A stretch of DNA of 63,939 nucleotides, counting the filler, from Catajapyx aquilonaris (taxonomy: Eukaryota): the NCBI GenBank assembly GCA_000934665.2. It is 4 parts of 4 records of this genome, joined end to end, with 100 filler letters (N's around TTAATTAATTAA, not from the genome) between each part and the next. Parts side by side here need not be neighbours in the genome. Positions count along the whole stretch, not along the records: positions 1 to 16,071 come from JYFJ02007306.1; 3 more parts are not named here. The stretch is one strand, 5' to 3'. The notes under the pieces were generated by a model. That model had not been told where the DNA came from and did no database searches. It saw only the letters and a program-made list of their open reading frames with translations. The position numbers and the translations under genes were made by a program. Shown here one piece after another: positions 1-11,849 of the stretch. Every line of letters starts with the position of its first letter. Position 1 is the first letter of the stretch.

Positions 1-211
1 AAGTCATGACTTGAAACCCCCGTTTTCCCATTTAAATCTTGCGTCAAAGTTCAAAAATTGTGTGCGATGTGTGGGGTGTAACATATGGAATTGCTCAGCA
101 CATAAACATGAATTCCATCTGTTTCATGACCAGAATATCATGGCTTGATAAATTATCAGAGTTTGACTGTGGTAAAAAATATGTGAAGGGTGCTAGGGTT
201 GTTATTGTTGT

Positions 212-236
212 TGATGATGATGATGATGATGATGAC

Positions 237-278
<42 letters not shown>
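212..278. repeat. (GAT)n microsatellite
   Basis: About 22 GAT units with one GAC interruption; source of the poly-D/S/H ORFs. Confidence 0.95.
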
Positions 279-371
279 AACTTACTCTGCAACTGTGGTG
301 TAGACCGATGCTCATAAACGTCCTCCCTGTCAGTTCACTGTCACTTGCAACAGTTGGTGGACGAGGCAGAC

Positions 372-502
372 CAGTGGCGGATCTATGGGGGGGGTGATCG
401 GGGTGATCACCCCCCCCAAGCTGAAGCATGAAACAGAAAAATGGCCATTTCGCAATCCGATGTGCTTACATAGTGTAAAAAATTTTCGCCTGCGGCGGGC
501 TT
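372..502 (+). mobile_element. One end of a hAT-like non-autonomous element
   Basis: Starts CAGTGGCGGATCTATGGGGGGG followed by a small GGGGTGATC/GATCACCCC hairpin, a common hAT-MITE terminus; no matching right end seen. Confidence 0.35.
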
Positions 503-1704
503 NAGGCAGACCTATATTGTCAAATGAAGTGGTCAGTAATAAATGAAAATAATTTTACAGTGGAAAAAAACCATAACACTCTTCATGTACTTGCAACATG
601 GGAAGGAAATGTACAGTATTTACTCTACAGTGCAAAAGGGCATATGATTTACTTTAACAATATTATTGCAGTGAAGAAATAATTTGAGAGTGAAAAAAAC
701 CCGCTGCAAATATAGGTATTCCCATGAGTAACAGAATTCAGAGACTTGTGCCCAAAAGGAAGTTGGATGATCAATAATACAAGTATTAAGGTCCTATAGG
801 GAGGGGGGGATTAAACAACTGTTACATTCAATGTTAGAGCATAGAAGTTGCATTTTGATACAACCATAACATAGTTAAGTTTAGGAATTTTCCATCTAAA
901 ACCTATAATTAGATCTAGTCAATTGTGCTAAACAATGGGGGAAATGCCACTGATTCTGCCCATCACATGGGCAAACTGCTTTCTGAATGCAAGCTCTTCC
1001 ACTCTCTTTTCTATCATGCTCTTCACTAAATTCCCAAATATTTTCTGCTATTTTTTTGTTACTCCAGCTGGGCTGCTACTCATGTATTGTAATTATTTTC
1101 TCTTTTTTATCCATGCTGTCATACTGCACCTGTTTTGGAGTGACTGTTGTGAATGTTTAATTTGTTATCATTGCTGCTGCTGCGTCGAACTTGAATGCGC
1201 CTTCTCTTACTCTTCTTTATATTAGCTTCATCCCCACTGGACACAGTTGTCGTGTGCAGATCTGTGTAGACTTCTGACTCCTTTGCCTTCTGCCGGGCTA
1301 CTAGTATCTCATCTGCAAGTGGGCGTGAGAAGAATATGTACAGTAAAAGCACCCTCAAGCTGATGTCATTGGGCAACACTAAATAGGCTTTTTAATGGAA
1401 ATACCAAATCTTGACTAATTTCAAGAGGTGCTGAACACGAAAATGGCAATAAAATTTGTTGATTGGCTCTAGTTTAGGAGAAACAGGCATGGTCATAATT
1501 ATATGGTCATGTATATACGAATCACAAGGGAACCATGCGAGAATTTCTATGTGAAGTTCATGTTCAAATTGTGTATTTTCAGGTTTTCTATCTGCTAGAA
1601 AGAAAATATCTCTCCTGAAAATCCCTAGATCTCATTAGTTTTTGAGATGCGGGGGTCCAATGGTCAAAAATTGATCTATTAAGCAAGGCTCTGAGGAACC
1701 TATA

Positions 1705-1804
1705 CAGGGTGTTCCAAATTCGCGGGTCACTTTGTGCTAACTAATATCTTCTGGAAGGAGTTATTTTTTTAGCACAAAGTGACCCGCGAATCTGCAACAC
1801 CCTG
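1705..1804. mobile_element. Tc1/mariner-type MITE (~100 bp hairpin)
   Basis: ta|CAGGGTGTTCCAAATTCGCGGGTCACTTTGTGCTAA ... TTAGCACAAAGTGACCCGCGAATCTGCAACACCCTG; related copy at 40596-40687. Confidence 0.8.
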
Positions 1805-1809
1805 CTATA

Positions 1810-2193
1810 CAGGGTGGTCCAACTTCAAGTGTCGTTTTATAATAGAAGCGCTTTACGATTATCGTAGCAGCCACTTGTAAAATGGCCCACTTCGGCGCCA
1901 TCGAAAATATTAGCTGTGTTTCGTTTGCAGGCTTCCCCCTTGCATTACAGGTCCATGGTCCATCTGGTGCCTTGGGCGTCACCCATTTCACCCAGGCGCA
2001 TCGCAGGTCATGTGTGCACCTCCTTTTTTCCAGGTCAACCCAGCAGCAGGGTTGATTACATATGTGCTGCTATTGGCAGCTAATATTTTCGATGGCGCCG
2101 AAGTGGGACATTTTACACGTCGCTGCTACGTCATCGCAAAATCACTGCTATTAATCGCCGTTATAAAACGACACTTGAAGTTGGACCACACTG
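1810..2193. mobile_element. Tc1/mariner-type MITE (CAGGGTGGTCCAA family)
   Basis: TA-flanked TIRs CAGGGTGGTCCAACTTCAAGTGTCGTTTTATAA / TTATAAAACGACACTTGAAGTTGGACCACACTG with long imperfect arms; shorter copy at 17250-17456. Confidence 0.85.
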
Positions 2194-2415
2194 TATTATA
2201 AGTGATATCGGCGAGATTTTTGGTGCATATAGGTTTATTGGGATGGGGAATAAAATGGTAAAGCTGGAAATACTGAATTATGAAATCCTGTATAAAGGTA
2301 CTTCTTAGGGAAGATTATGGGGAGGAGCATCAAGAAAAAGTAAAAAAGCAGGAATTTTTAATGCATGAAAGAAAGATGTTTAGACAGTGACTTAGACACC
2401 CAAGCTGGTGATTTT

Positions 2416-2420
<5 letters not shown>

Positions 2421-2495
<75 letters not shown>

Positions 2496-2821
2496 TCCGG
2501 GTAGTGCTTGGCCTTCTCGGCATATAGCACGGACCTTTATTTGAACGATGTACATATTTGGAACCTAATTATTGAAGCGCCCGGGCCCACGGGCAGGATG
2601 ACAGGAGGGTATGTGCAAGGTGCAGTGCAATGTCTTTATGTGGCCATTTTTAGTGAACTCCCCTGGGTGGTTTAGTCTGTAGGAAATACCACCCGAGACG
2701 AAGCCAGACGTGACCCAATGAACTCCGCACGAGATGAAGGGGGTGTCCCCGGGCTGGGATTGAACCCGGGACCTTAACATCCATGGGCGCATACGTTACC
2801 GCAGCACCACTCCGCCTCCCC
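2421..2821 (-). mobile_element. tRNA-derived SINE, family B, full length
   Basis: Minus-strand head GGGGAGGCGGAGTGGTGCTGCGGTAACG...GGTTCAATCCC (A/B boxes), (ATT)n(AGT)n tail, 14-bp TSD GGTGATTTTTACTA at 2407-2420 and 2822-2835. Confidence 0.9.
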
Positions 2822-3587
2822 GGTGATTTTTACTATCTCTAATGTATATAGGTATTATTGATTTTTCCACAGTGCAATTGTCTTTACATAGACCTACTCA
2901 ATTTTTATTCTACATGTTGTCAGTGATGAAGCCAATACTGTACAGATAACATTTTATTTAGTTTACTTTTTGGGTTTTTTAAAAATGTAACAAGCAGATC
3001 GGCTTATTGTGGCTCCTTTTCCTAACTGTGTTATTATTTTTTAAAGTTATCTTATAGTTGTGTTTGCTATTGCTCTGTGTTTTGGTGACATTCATAAAGC
3101 CAACTGATCCATGTACGGGCCCAGGCGCTGTATAAAAAGGTATCCGTATGCATTTGGACAAAATAATAAAGGTTCATGCTGTATACCTCAGCGTCAAGCA
3201 CTACCCGATTATTTAAAACAAAAACAAAAAAAACTTATCCATGTACTTGATAATTCCTATTTACATGGGAGTTAATAGAACTCACTAACTTTGGGTGTGC
3301 AAGGCACTGCCTGAAACCTCCTCCTGCTTTCAAGCACTTGAAAATACTGGTTTAACTAATACTTGTACATGTCATAATATGTACATCGTATAAGTTAGCT
3401 CTGCTATTAGACCTATTATCAGAAACTATTGTGAATTTCTCAGAAACCATAGGCAATTTTGCATTTTTATTGTCACATTCGTGTTTAGCGACTTGAAATC
3501 ATTAAGAAATGGCCACTTTAATTTCAAAGCTGTGACTTTTTGTCAAAACTTGTTTCCCAGTGTGTTTTATATAGTACAGTATATTTC

Positions 3588-3861
3588 TGAAGCAGTGGTG
3601 GCGGAGGGGATATGGTATCCGACTGCTAATCGGGAGGTCCTGGGTTCGAATCCCGGTGCCGGCAACTCTAACCGTGGTTTTCTGTGGTTTCCCACGGTTC
3701 CTCCAGGAGAATTCCGGAGTTGTTTCCTAAACTAATAGGCCACAGCTGCCTCCTTCCTTTCCTATCCCACCCCAAAAAGCGCAGTAAAAACGAAACAGAG
3801 TTCCAGTCCAAAAAAATACAATATACCCCCTAAAGAGCCGCCGGCTGATAACGGGGTATGA

Positions 3862-3898
<37 letters not shown>
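3588..3898 (+). mobile_element. tRNA-derived SINE, family A
   Basis: B box GGTTCGAATCC, body GTGGTTTTCTGTGGTTTCCCACGG, (ATT)n tail, 13-bp TSD TACAGTATATTTC (3575-3587 / 3899-3911); further copies at 8.7, 40.3 and 41.1 kb. Confidence 0.9.
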
Positions 3899-3900
<2 letters not shown>

Positions 3901-4146
3901 CAGTATATTTCACTGCATTTCTGCGACACATTTTGATGCAACCCCTGAAAATGGAATTAGGCGAGAGTTCTTAATAGTGCCTACAAATATTAACATCAAG
4001 GAAGCCAGGGATTCTCTCCATGATGCATGATCCTGCTTTTTAACATGGCTAAACTCAGAAACTAGTCATTGCACTCCAAGTAATTTGCCATTACTACGTA
4101 TCTGGGATTCTCATACCTGTGCTGTATAGTATATCTTTAATTCTGT

Positions 4147-4690
4147 ACCTAGGGCGGTTGTAACAGAGGGCGGGGTCAATTGTAACACTATGTCTTAAGG
4201 GGAAAATGTAAAATGGAAGAACAATATATTATTTACACCCAATCATCTTCTCGACAATTGTCTTATAGCCTCCTTGATCCACCTAGATTACTATTTATCT
4301 CTCAGTACATTGGAATTTATTCAGCATATAAGTAAATTACAAGAAAATTGATTTTTTATTTGAATAAATTTGCGACAAACAGGTTATAAGACACTTTATT
4401 GCACAAAATAATTACTATTTCTACTCTCAACATCCTGTGAGATGTGTAGCTGCTGTAACATCAGTACAAAGACTTGACATTTCTCTCGTGATTTTACCAT
4501 TTTACAACCGAGAACCGACCCCAAGGAAGCTGTTACAACCGTCCCCATTGTGTGTTTTCTTGTAGATATGCTTACTACTTTTTAAATGTGCACAGGATTT
4601 GGTCATCCATACCGTCAATGTGCCACTACTAAAGGAACCTTTTGCATGATACCAAGGGCAATTCAATAACACTTCTACCCTCCGCATAAT
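4147..4690. mobile_element. Decayed pogo/Tc1-like non-autonomous element
   Basis: Repeated GGGCGGTTGTAACA / GGGTCAATTGTAACA at the left and inverted TGTTACAACCGTCCCC toward the right; ends uncertain. Confidence 0.35.
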
Positions 4691-4754
4691 CACTTAATTA
4701 CTGCCACTCAAAAAAGTTGGGAACATACCTTGATTTTGTTTTTTTTTCATATAG

Positions 4755-5283
4755 ACGATTACAATGTGGGACACAAGTCTACAACAAGTGTCAGGACTTA
4801 GTCCACCCTTAATTGGCCCCAGCATAACAGTCAGACCCTCTGCAGCTGGGGCATGGTTGGAAAGAGCTCCATTACCCTCTCCAGAGATACCATCGGTCTA
4901 GCTCTATCTCCTTCCAAAGCGATTCATCCTTTGCCACCCTCTGTTCCAAGCCTTGCACACTAGACCAGGCCCAATAAGTAACAGGTCTCGTTGGCACAAG
5001 TGCAAGAAGATCATGAGTAGGACTTCAGGTACGCAATCAGCCTCAGCATGAGCCTGAAAAATGAGGAAATTAAATGAAAAAGCTGCTGTTGCAGTGACTC
5101 ACACTGCATGCAACACAATGTGAATAATACTCTTACATACACCATGGGCCAATCTCAAATTCCTACATAGTTGTGACCGGTTGTGACTGGCTGTTTCAAT
5201 CAAAAAGATTAAAGAGGATTTATTGTAAATATGGTCCTAACTAGTTTTTTGTGAACCTCTCACCTTCTTTCTCTTGGCTCCAT
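4755..5283 (-). pseudogene. F-box/LRR pseudogene, inverted paralog of the 5848-7095 gene
   Basis: Minus strand: exon ATGGAGCCAAGAGAAAGAAG|gtgag (5283-5264), acceptor ttttcag, exon from 5053 reading AHAEADCVPEVLLMIFLHLCQRDLLLIGPGLVCKAWNR / VAKDESLWKEIELD / ERVMELFPTMPQLQRV*LLCWGQLRVD*VLTLVVDLCPTL*. Collinear with the intact gene but with frameshifts and stops. Confidence 0.85.
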
Positions 5284-5570
5284 CCAGTTTATTTTGTCCC
5301 TCCTCCTCCGCCTCCCCAATGTTCAATCACCACAATAAGTGGGTTGGGTGGTTTGCCGTATTGCCCCTACGATTCTTCTGCCAAATGAACACAGCACAAC
5401 CCGACAAATAAAATAATAAAAAGACTGTTCCTTCTGCTTCTGGAATACACATACTCAAACACAGACACAGACAGAGATGGTCTTATATGTACAGTCGACA
5501 TTGGTGACTATATCTTGTAGTTGAGTAGAAGTCCGTCTGGTGTCGCCTTCTACCCTTTTACCTCACCGGT

Positions 5571-5622
5571 ATCACGTGACATCAATGCATGTTCGAATAA
5601 GGAAGAAGAAGAAGAGGTAAGT
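5571..5622 (+). promoter_or_regulatory. Candidate promoter E-box and 5'UTR splice donor between the two F-box copies
   Basis: Palindromic TCACGTGA at 5572-5579 and a strong donor GAG|GTAAGT at 5617 in the ~565-bp head-to-head spacer; function inferred. Confidence 0.3.
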
Positions 5623-5847
5623 CGACACTTTTTTAAGGCCCCTAGTCTGGTGACCCCGGGTAAGCTTGCCCGCGGGCAAACACCATGGCAACATATGTAA
5701 AAGGATTGCAGTAAACAACCAGTTACCCCATGCCCATCAGAAAAGTGAGATTCAGGCTGTTTTTAATTTAGTAGAACATTGGGGAAGCACCAGAGTCCAG
5801 AGTGACCCACATTGAAACCTAGAAGCACGAGGAGGAGGAGGAGAGAG

Positions 5848-5865
5848 ATGGAAGAGGCTAAGAAG
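5848..5865 (+). CDS. F-box/LRR protein, coding exon 1 (MEEAKK)
   Basis: ATG with in-frame upstream TGA at 5803; donor AAG|GTGAG; phase-0 join to 5963; homologous exon present in the pseudogene. Confidence 0.7.
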
Positions 5866-5962
5866 GTGAGATAGACCATGTGCATGGAATCATTCACATG
5901 GAATTCGCATTGAACGTTTACTGTGTGAGAATCACTGCAAATATCATTCATTCCCACTTCAG

Positions 5963-6336
5963 GCAGATGCGGTGGATGCTGGTTCGGGTGGTCTTCCTGT
6001 TCCTGATGAAGTCCTCCTCATGATTTTCTCACACCTGGGCCAAAGAGACCTGTTACTTGGGGCTGGTTTGGTGTGTACGAAGTGGAGCAATATGGCAAGG
6101 GATGGCTCGCTTTGGGAGGGAGTAGAGCTAGATGGGAGGTGTGTATCTGTGGAGAGAGCGGGGCAGCTGATCACAACCATGCGCCGGTTGAAGAGGGTGC
6201 GACTGGTGGGATGGCAGGAACCTCTGATGGATACAATCCTCACACTTGTTGCAGACTTGTGTCCTGGATTGGAAATGTTGGAGCTTATTTTTTGCCATGT
6301 TGGTTCCTGCGAGGGGCTTCAGCATGTGGCCCAAAC
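5963..6336 (+). CDS. F-box/LRR (FBXL-type) protein, exon 2 (F-box)
   Basis: Acceptor ttcccacttcag; F-box motif LPVPDEVLLMIFSHLGQRDLLLGAGLVCTKWSNMARDGSLW; donor AC|GTGAGT (phase 2). Confidence 0.92.
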
Positions 6337-6416
6337 GTGAGTTGACCTTGTTTGTTAAGACACCATTAAAATATTTATATGATCATTACATCTCTGATCC
6401 CTTCCATTATTCGCAG

Positions 6417-7095
6417 GTGCAAGGAAATTAAGGAGCTGAAGATGATTGTGTTCCCCACACATCCTATACCCCATCCCTGGGATGTGTTTGCACAAAGTTC
6501 AAAGCTTGAGAAGATCAGCCTTTTGCAAAATTCAGGATACATGGATCTTAATTCTTTAATTGAAAGAATTTGGCCTAAACTGAGAGACGTTGAACTGTAT
6601 ACCGCTGTCAAATGTGACAGAAAATTGCAGGCTCTGTGTTCTGGTGCTGCAGGACAGCTAAGGAAACTCACAATTGGTCCCTTGGATCATCCTGCTTCAT
6701 GCCAGCTACTCAACCAGTGCTGCAAACTGGAATTCTTGGAACTGATACTGCAGTTTGGTGTAAAATTACGCCATCTGCAGGATGGCATTAGGCAGCTGCA
6801 AAACCTCCGCAGCCTGACAGTGCACAAGTATGTCAAGGCCACTGCCGCTGAAATCATCTCCTTTTTCTCAGCACGAACAGTGGTTGAGAAACTGAAGTTC
6901 CTCAAACTTTACTGTTTCCGGGAACTAGATGACCACTGCCTCTTCGTCATTGGGACCAACTGTCCCCAACTGACCAGCATTTCCTTGAGTACCTGCTCCA
7001 ATGTCACCAAGGATGGACTGGCCAGCCTCTTTTCAGCGTGCCGTCAACTCAAGGCAGTTGAACTGGATGGAGTCAAGTACATTGCTCAAAGATAA
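6417..7095 (+). CDS. F-box/LRR protein, exon 3 (cysteine-containing LRRs, stop); spliced CDS 1071 nt, 356 aa
   Basis: Acceptor ttattcgcag after an 80-nt intron keeps the frame; LRR-CC motifs LKFLKLYCFRELDDHCL, NCPQLTSISLSTCSNVTKDGL, ACRQLKAVELDG. Confidence 0.92.
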
Positions 7096-8358
7096 ATCAC
7101 GGAGTGAGATGTGTACTTTTACAATGAGTTTTTACATGAAAGGTCAGTGCTATGTAGTCATAAAAAAGCAAGGCATGTTTTTAAAAAGTTTTATCAGTTG
7201 TAGTTTGCAGTTTCTGTATTTTGATGGTGATTATTTTTACAAGCATGAGTGAATCATGTGGATAATATGGGATGTTCTCATTCCTTAGTTGATTTGTCAT
7301 CCACATGATGTCTGCTTCTTTGCTTCAGATGAGTTGCTTATCTTAGTCTGGTTTCTGGAGTGAACAGTCTGCAACTTCTCTCCCTGCCCTCCATTTTAAC
7401 TTGGGATCTGAGCACTGTCCTGCATATTTATTGTATTCACAAATGAAACAGGCAGCAAATGTATTCAGTTGCAGAGTTGCAGAGCAAGAAATATAGGTGA
7501 ATTGAAATTACATGTTGAGTTAATTCCACTGCATTATTTCCAGCAAAAGACTATTTTGATTCAATATATGCAGTGGCAGTGTCCACATTGTCTTCTTTTT
7601 TTTTTTAATACAAAAATTATAATTCAATGGCACACATGGAATGAATAGGAGGTAAAATGAGGGGTGTGGGGGAAAAACATAACTGACATTTTTGTTTTTG
7701 AACTAAACACCTAGCAACTATGTAAAAGACATGACAAACATTTTGGTATACTCAAAGTTCACATATCATGCACCAGATGGTAACACGGGCTACATGATAA
7801 CCAACATGCCATATTTTCAGGAACTTCCTCAAACTGAAAAACATGATAACTGAGCCTATTTTTATACGCTTCGCATTCTTCCATTTAATACAGGGTGTAA
7901 CAATGGTTTCTGGCCCAGTCAATATTATATACATGGGAAATTCTCTGTTTTTTAAAGTTACCTGTCATCTTTTATGTTGATATTGTAATCTCATAATCCC
8001 CTGTGTGACTGATTTTCCCATCCATATCCTCACTGACTCTGCTTTTGTGCTCATGAGAGGTCTGCAATGCAAGTGTTGTCTGTCAATAAGATTCCTTGCA
8101 AGTGCTTTGTTCTCAATGTCTGATAATTGGGGGCCAGGTGTTATACAGTGTCTGTAAGCAAGCCAAGCCAAAAAAGCATGACCAGTTAATAAGAGAGTTG
8201 ACCAGGAATGAGCAACTGTCACACGAGATGTACATTCAAACTTGTGGACAGTTTGGGAAGAGGTGTAGCTCAGTCTTTGGAGAGAAAAATGGTATGCATA
8301 CTGAATATATTAACACACCTTTAATACATCCTTCCATGTCTGAATACATGAACATATA

Positions 8359-8692
8359 CAGGGTGATCAAACTTTTTTGTCGTTTTAGTTATTGACAAAT
8401 TCGGCCTTAGCTGCTTATATTGTACCCGTGGCCAGCAACCAGTTGTTGAAATCAGAAATAGGAAATAACAACAGTTGATATTAGGGATTAAACAACACGA
8501 AACAAATGAAGATCGATTCGAACAAATTAGAATGCCATTCTTAATTTGTTTCGTGTTGTTTAATCCCTAATTTCAACTCTTCGTTATTTCCGATTTCTGA
8601 TTTCAACAACTGGTTGCTAGCCACTGCTACAATAAAGCAGCTAAGGCCGAATTTGTCAATACCTAACCCGACAAAAAAGTTTGATCACCCTG
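8359..8692. mobile_element. Tc1/mariner-type foldback MITE (334 bp)
   Basis: ta|CAGGGTGATCAAACTTTTTTGTCG ... CGACAAAAAAGTTTGATCACCCTG|ta; almost the whole element is self-complementary. Confidence 0.9.
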
Positions 8693-8710
8693 TATGCACC
8701 TTATGTTAAT

Positions 8711-8713
8711 GTT

Positions 8714-8770
<57 letters not shown>

Positions 8771-9059
8771 TCATACCCCGTTATCAGCTGGCGGCTCTTT
8801 AGGGGGGAAATTTTTGTTTTGACTGGAACTCTTTGCTTTCATTTTAATTTGCTTTTTGGGATAGGATAGGGACGGAAGGAAGCGGCTGTGGCCTGTTGTT
8901 ACGGAAATGACCCCAGAATTATCCTGGAAGGACCGTGGGAAACCACAGAAAACCACGGTCAGGGTCGCCGGCCCCGGGATTCGAACCCAGGACCTCATGA
9001 TTAGCAGGCGGACTCCATATCCACTACAGACTACACCAACCTGCTTCGGTATATATATA
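8711..9059 (-). mobile_element. tRNA-derived SINE, family A
   Basis: Reverse complement of family A with long (AAT)n tail; 14-bp TSD CACCTTATGTTAAT (8697-8710 / 9060-9073). Confidence 0.9.
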
Positions 9060-9589
9060 CACCTTATGTTAATTAAAAAATTATTAACCCTCTGCCCGAC
9101 GTGTGTGTGATTTACGGACACTCACTTTATTTTATTTTATTTTTTTTTGCAAAGAATCTATCATTCCTAAAGGAATGCGGTTTTCGGCATATTCACAAGC
9201 AAACCCAGCAGAATTCACCACAAAAATCACATGCTCAAGTGCTTTGTCGGACTTTATCGTATGAAACCATCTTCCGCTGACTACAAGTTGGCTATATTGG
9301 AAAAGGATCTTTGCGCAGTGATAGAGATTGTATGAAGCTTTAGCACAATTATGGGAATTTAGCAATTAATTAGATTGGCTTCTAAGCAATATTTTTCATA
9401 TAATCATTCTTTGAACGCGTAAACTTCACCGCAACGTTTTTTATAATTCCCGAGTAGCCGCACAGAAATAGTTATAGCTGTTATGCTACGCACGGCCTAG
9501 ACTATGGGAGCTGTGCAGTCGTGGATCTGGCGGTAGCAGCCTTTCAAGATTTCAATGCGGTTCGAATGATATATGAAGCATAGGGCTAA

Positions 9590-9742
9590 AGGCCAAAACA
9601 CAAAAAGATTTTGCGGCAGCGTCAAGCGGCAAACGCCTTCCCCGCCAATTATTATTAATTATTGGCAATAATATGCCCCGCGACAAATATGCCGCAACGC
9701 GAGCCGTTTGCCGCGCGTTTTTTTGTGTGTGTGAAATGGCCT
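9590..9742. mobile_element. PIF/Harbinger-like MITE
   Basis: TAA|AGGCC...GGCCT|TAA with internal inverted GCGGCAAACG / CGTTTGCCGC. Confidence 0.5.
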
Positions 9743-10436
9743 TAACACGAGCCGTTGGTGAGACCTGGATTTTTTTTATCTACGATTACGTCATCCAAGA
9801 GTCATTGAGGCGGAAGTAGAGGCGGAAACTTTTGTTACACCCTGTATCTCCATTAATTACAGGAATAAGTGTTCCAAAAGTTATGGACAACAAGACAGAA
9901 AGTCAGGCAATATAATAAAACCCAGTGTTACAATAGTTAAGGTAATATGCTGATTTGTGACAAGAAAGCAAACTTTAATTCGCTCTCCTGAAAAATTACT
10001 CCTTTGTCAGTTATCTTGTTTTTCCCCCACACCACTCAAATGTCCCTGCCTGTAATGTGTCTGGTAAAAAAACGTCTGGGACCAGTTGAGTTCGTGTGAT
10101 ACTGTTGAATTTGGTGTAAAATGTAACTTGGTAAGGACTGTCCAATAAAGGTTTGTTCTAAATCACCTATTTGCTTTCAATACTGGAACTCACTGCTTTC
10201 CTGTTTTCCCTTCCCTCAGTCTTTCCTTTCCTATGAAAAATAAGTGACTTCCGCACTCTGACCTTTTTGAGACATTTGAAATAGGGTTAATGTAATCTGG
10301 CTATGACCTAAATATTTTGAAAGTCGTGTCAAATGATCTGCAACTTCATTCATCCTTGTGCAAATCCGTTGTCAATAGTCATTCGATTAGTAAGTTATAC
10401 TCTAATAATATTAATCATTCTGGGGACAAAGCATTC

Positions 10437-11516
10437 GGCTGAAGTCGGGTTAACAGGCCATTTGCCGTCGAATGAATTAGGAAACAGTACTTCAGCGGCT
10501 TGCTGCCCCTTTGAATCGTTGTTTTGTGTGGGTTTGAAGTGGGGGAAGTGACCAGGGACCCCGGAATTAATTCCTCAAGCTCGACCAGAATGCAGACAGG
10601 ATCATATTGTTATCAGTCAGGATGAGACGTAAGTTGCCTTGGTTGCGAACAAACACTCCAATGACGCCAACTTACCGAATTTGAAAATTCTGGAGGTTGG
10701 CACCAAAAAAGACACCAAAATAAGCAAGTCTTCGGGAAGAAGGATCTTCGCGGATTCTATTCGGGACGGATTTTGAGGTGATTATAGGATGGAATAGCCC
10801 TTTGTCTTGATGATGTTGCATAGCTTTTTGTTACCGCAACAGTACTGTCCATTGCTGTGGGCCTGCCAGGCACGGTACGTCGCCCGTGCGTGATATTTTT
10901 AGTTTTTGCGGAGCGATAGCGGAGCTAGGCGCTTATTGTGGGTTTGTATACGCCTACAATGCGGTCCTCATTGTGCGCCGCAGGCCAACGAACGTTACTG
11001 TGGCTTTGCCAAGCGCGAAGTATACCGTACCTTCACACACTCCATTAAACCAACGAACGACGTGACATCACGATCCGCCCGCCTCCACCTGGCTCTCCCC
11101 TCCAATCATACCCACGACTCGCTCTGCAGACATACTACTGTAGTGTACATGCTCAGAAAACACGGCTGGTGTGACATCATGTCGTTCTTAGGATTAACGA
11201 ACTGCAGCAACCAGCACTCCCAACTCCGCCGCTAGATGCGGATAAACGATAGAGTTTCCTTTACATTGTTGCCTAACGCGTTCTTGAGCTGGAATGTTTG
11301 CTCATAACCTAGCAACTTAATTACGTCTCGTCCTGACTGATAACAATGATCCTGTCGGCGGCGGCGTTCTGGTCGAGCTTGAGAAATTAATTCCGGAGTC
11401 CCTGGTCACTTCCCCCACTTCAAACCCACACAAAACAATGATTCAAAGGGTCAGCAAGTCGCAGGTAAGGTTTCCTAATATTGGTTCGGCGAATTGCCTG
11501 TAAACCCACATACGCC
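10437..11516. mobile_element. Long-TIR non-autonomous DNA element (Mutator/Merlin-like)
   Basis: ~200-bp inverted arms (10437-10637 vs 11312-11516), GG..CC ends, imperfect 8-bp flanks AAGCATTC / AAGAATTA. Confidence 0.75.
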
Positions 11517-11849
11517 AAGAATTAATTTCCTTGTATCATACAATGGGCAATAAAGAACTTTGGAAGACAAAAAAAATCAGTGCAGGTGTCTTGATTGGAC
11601 AATCCTCATAATACCTTCAATCTGCAACACCCAGCAGTCTTCAACATTACAAGTTACTCAATACGTGTGGTCCCATGAGTTCACTTCGAAGGCAAACTGC
11701 AAACAAGTAACTCTCATCAACAGTACTAAATGATTCAGAACCTTACAAAACAGAAACAGGTTGTAAATATGCATGGGAGCATATGAAAATTTAGTCAACT
11801 TCATGGAAGCACGAGGGTAGTAAACACAGGGTGTCGCATAAGTCTTGGG

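Noticed and set aside
39..429. Poly-Asp/Ser/His ORFs (also poly-Ile/Leu/Asn ORFs at 2.3, 8.7 and 51.5-52.2 kb)
   Set aside because: They are translations of trinucleotide microsatellites.
3588..3665. Functional tRNA genes (also at 9.0, 29.8, 40.3, 41.2 and 43.3 kb)
   Set aside because: Each tRNA-like head continues into a shared SINE body, usually with tail and TSD; acceptor stems are not intact.
7891..9844. Single 1.95-kb element bounded by CAGGGTGTAACAA / TTGTTACACCCTG
   Set aside because: CAGGGTG ends are very common here and the match fades after ~20 bp; they may be two independent fragments.
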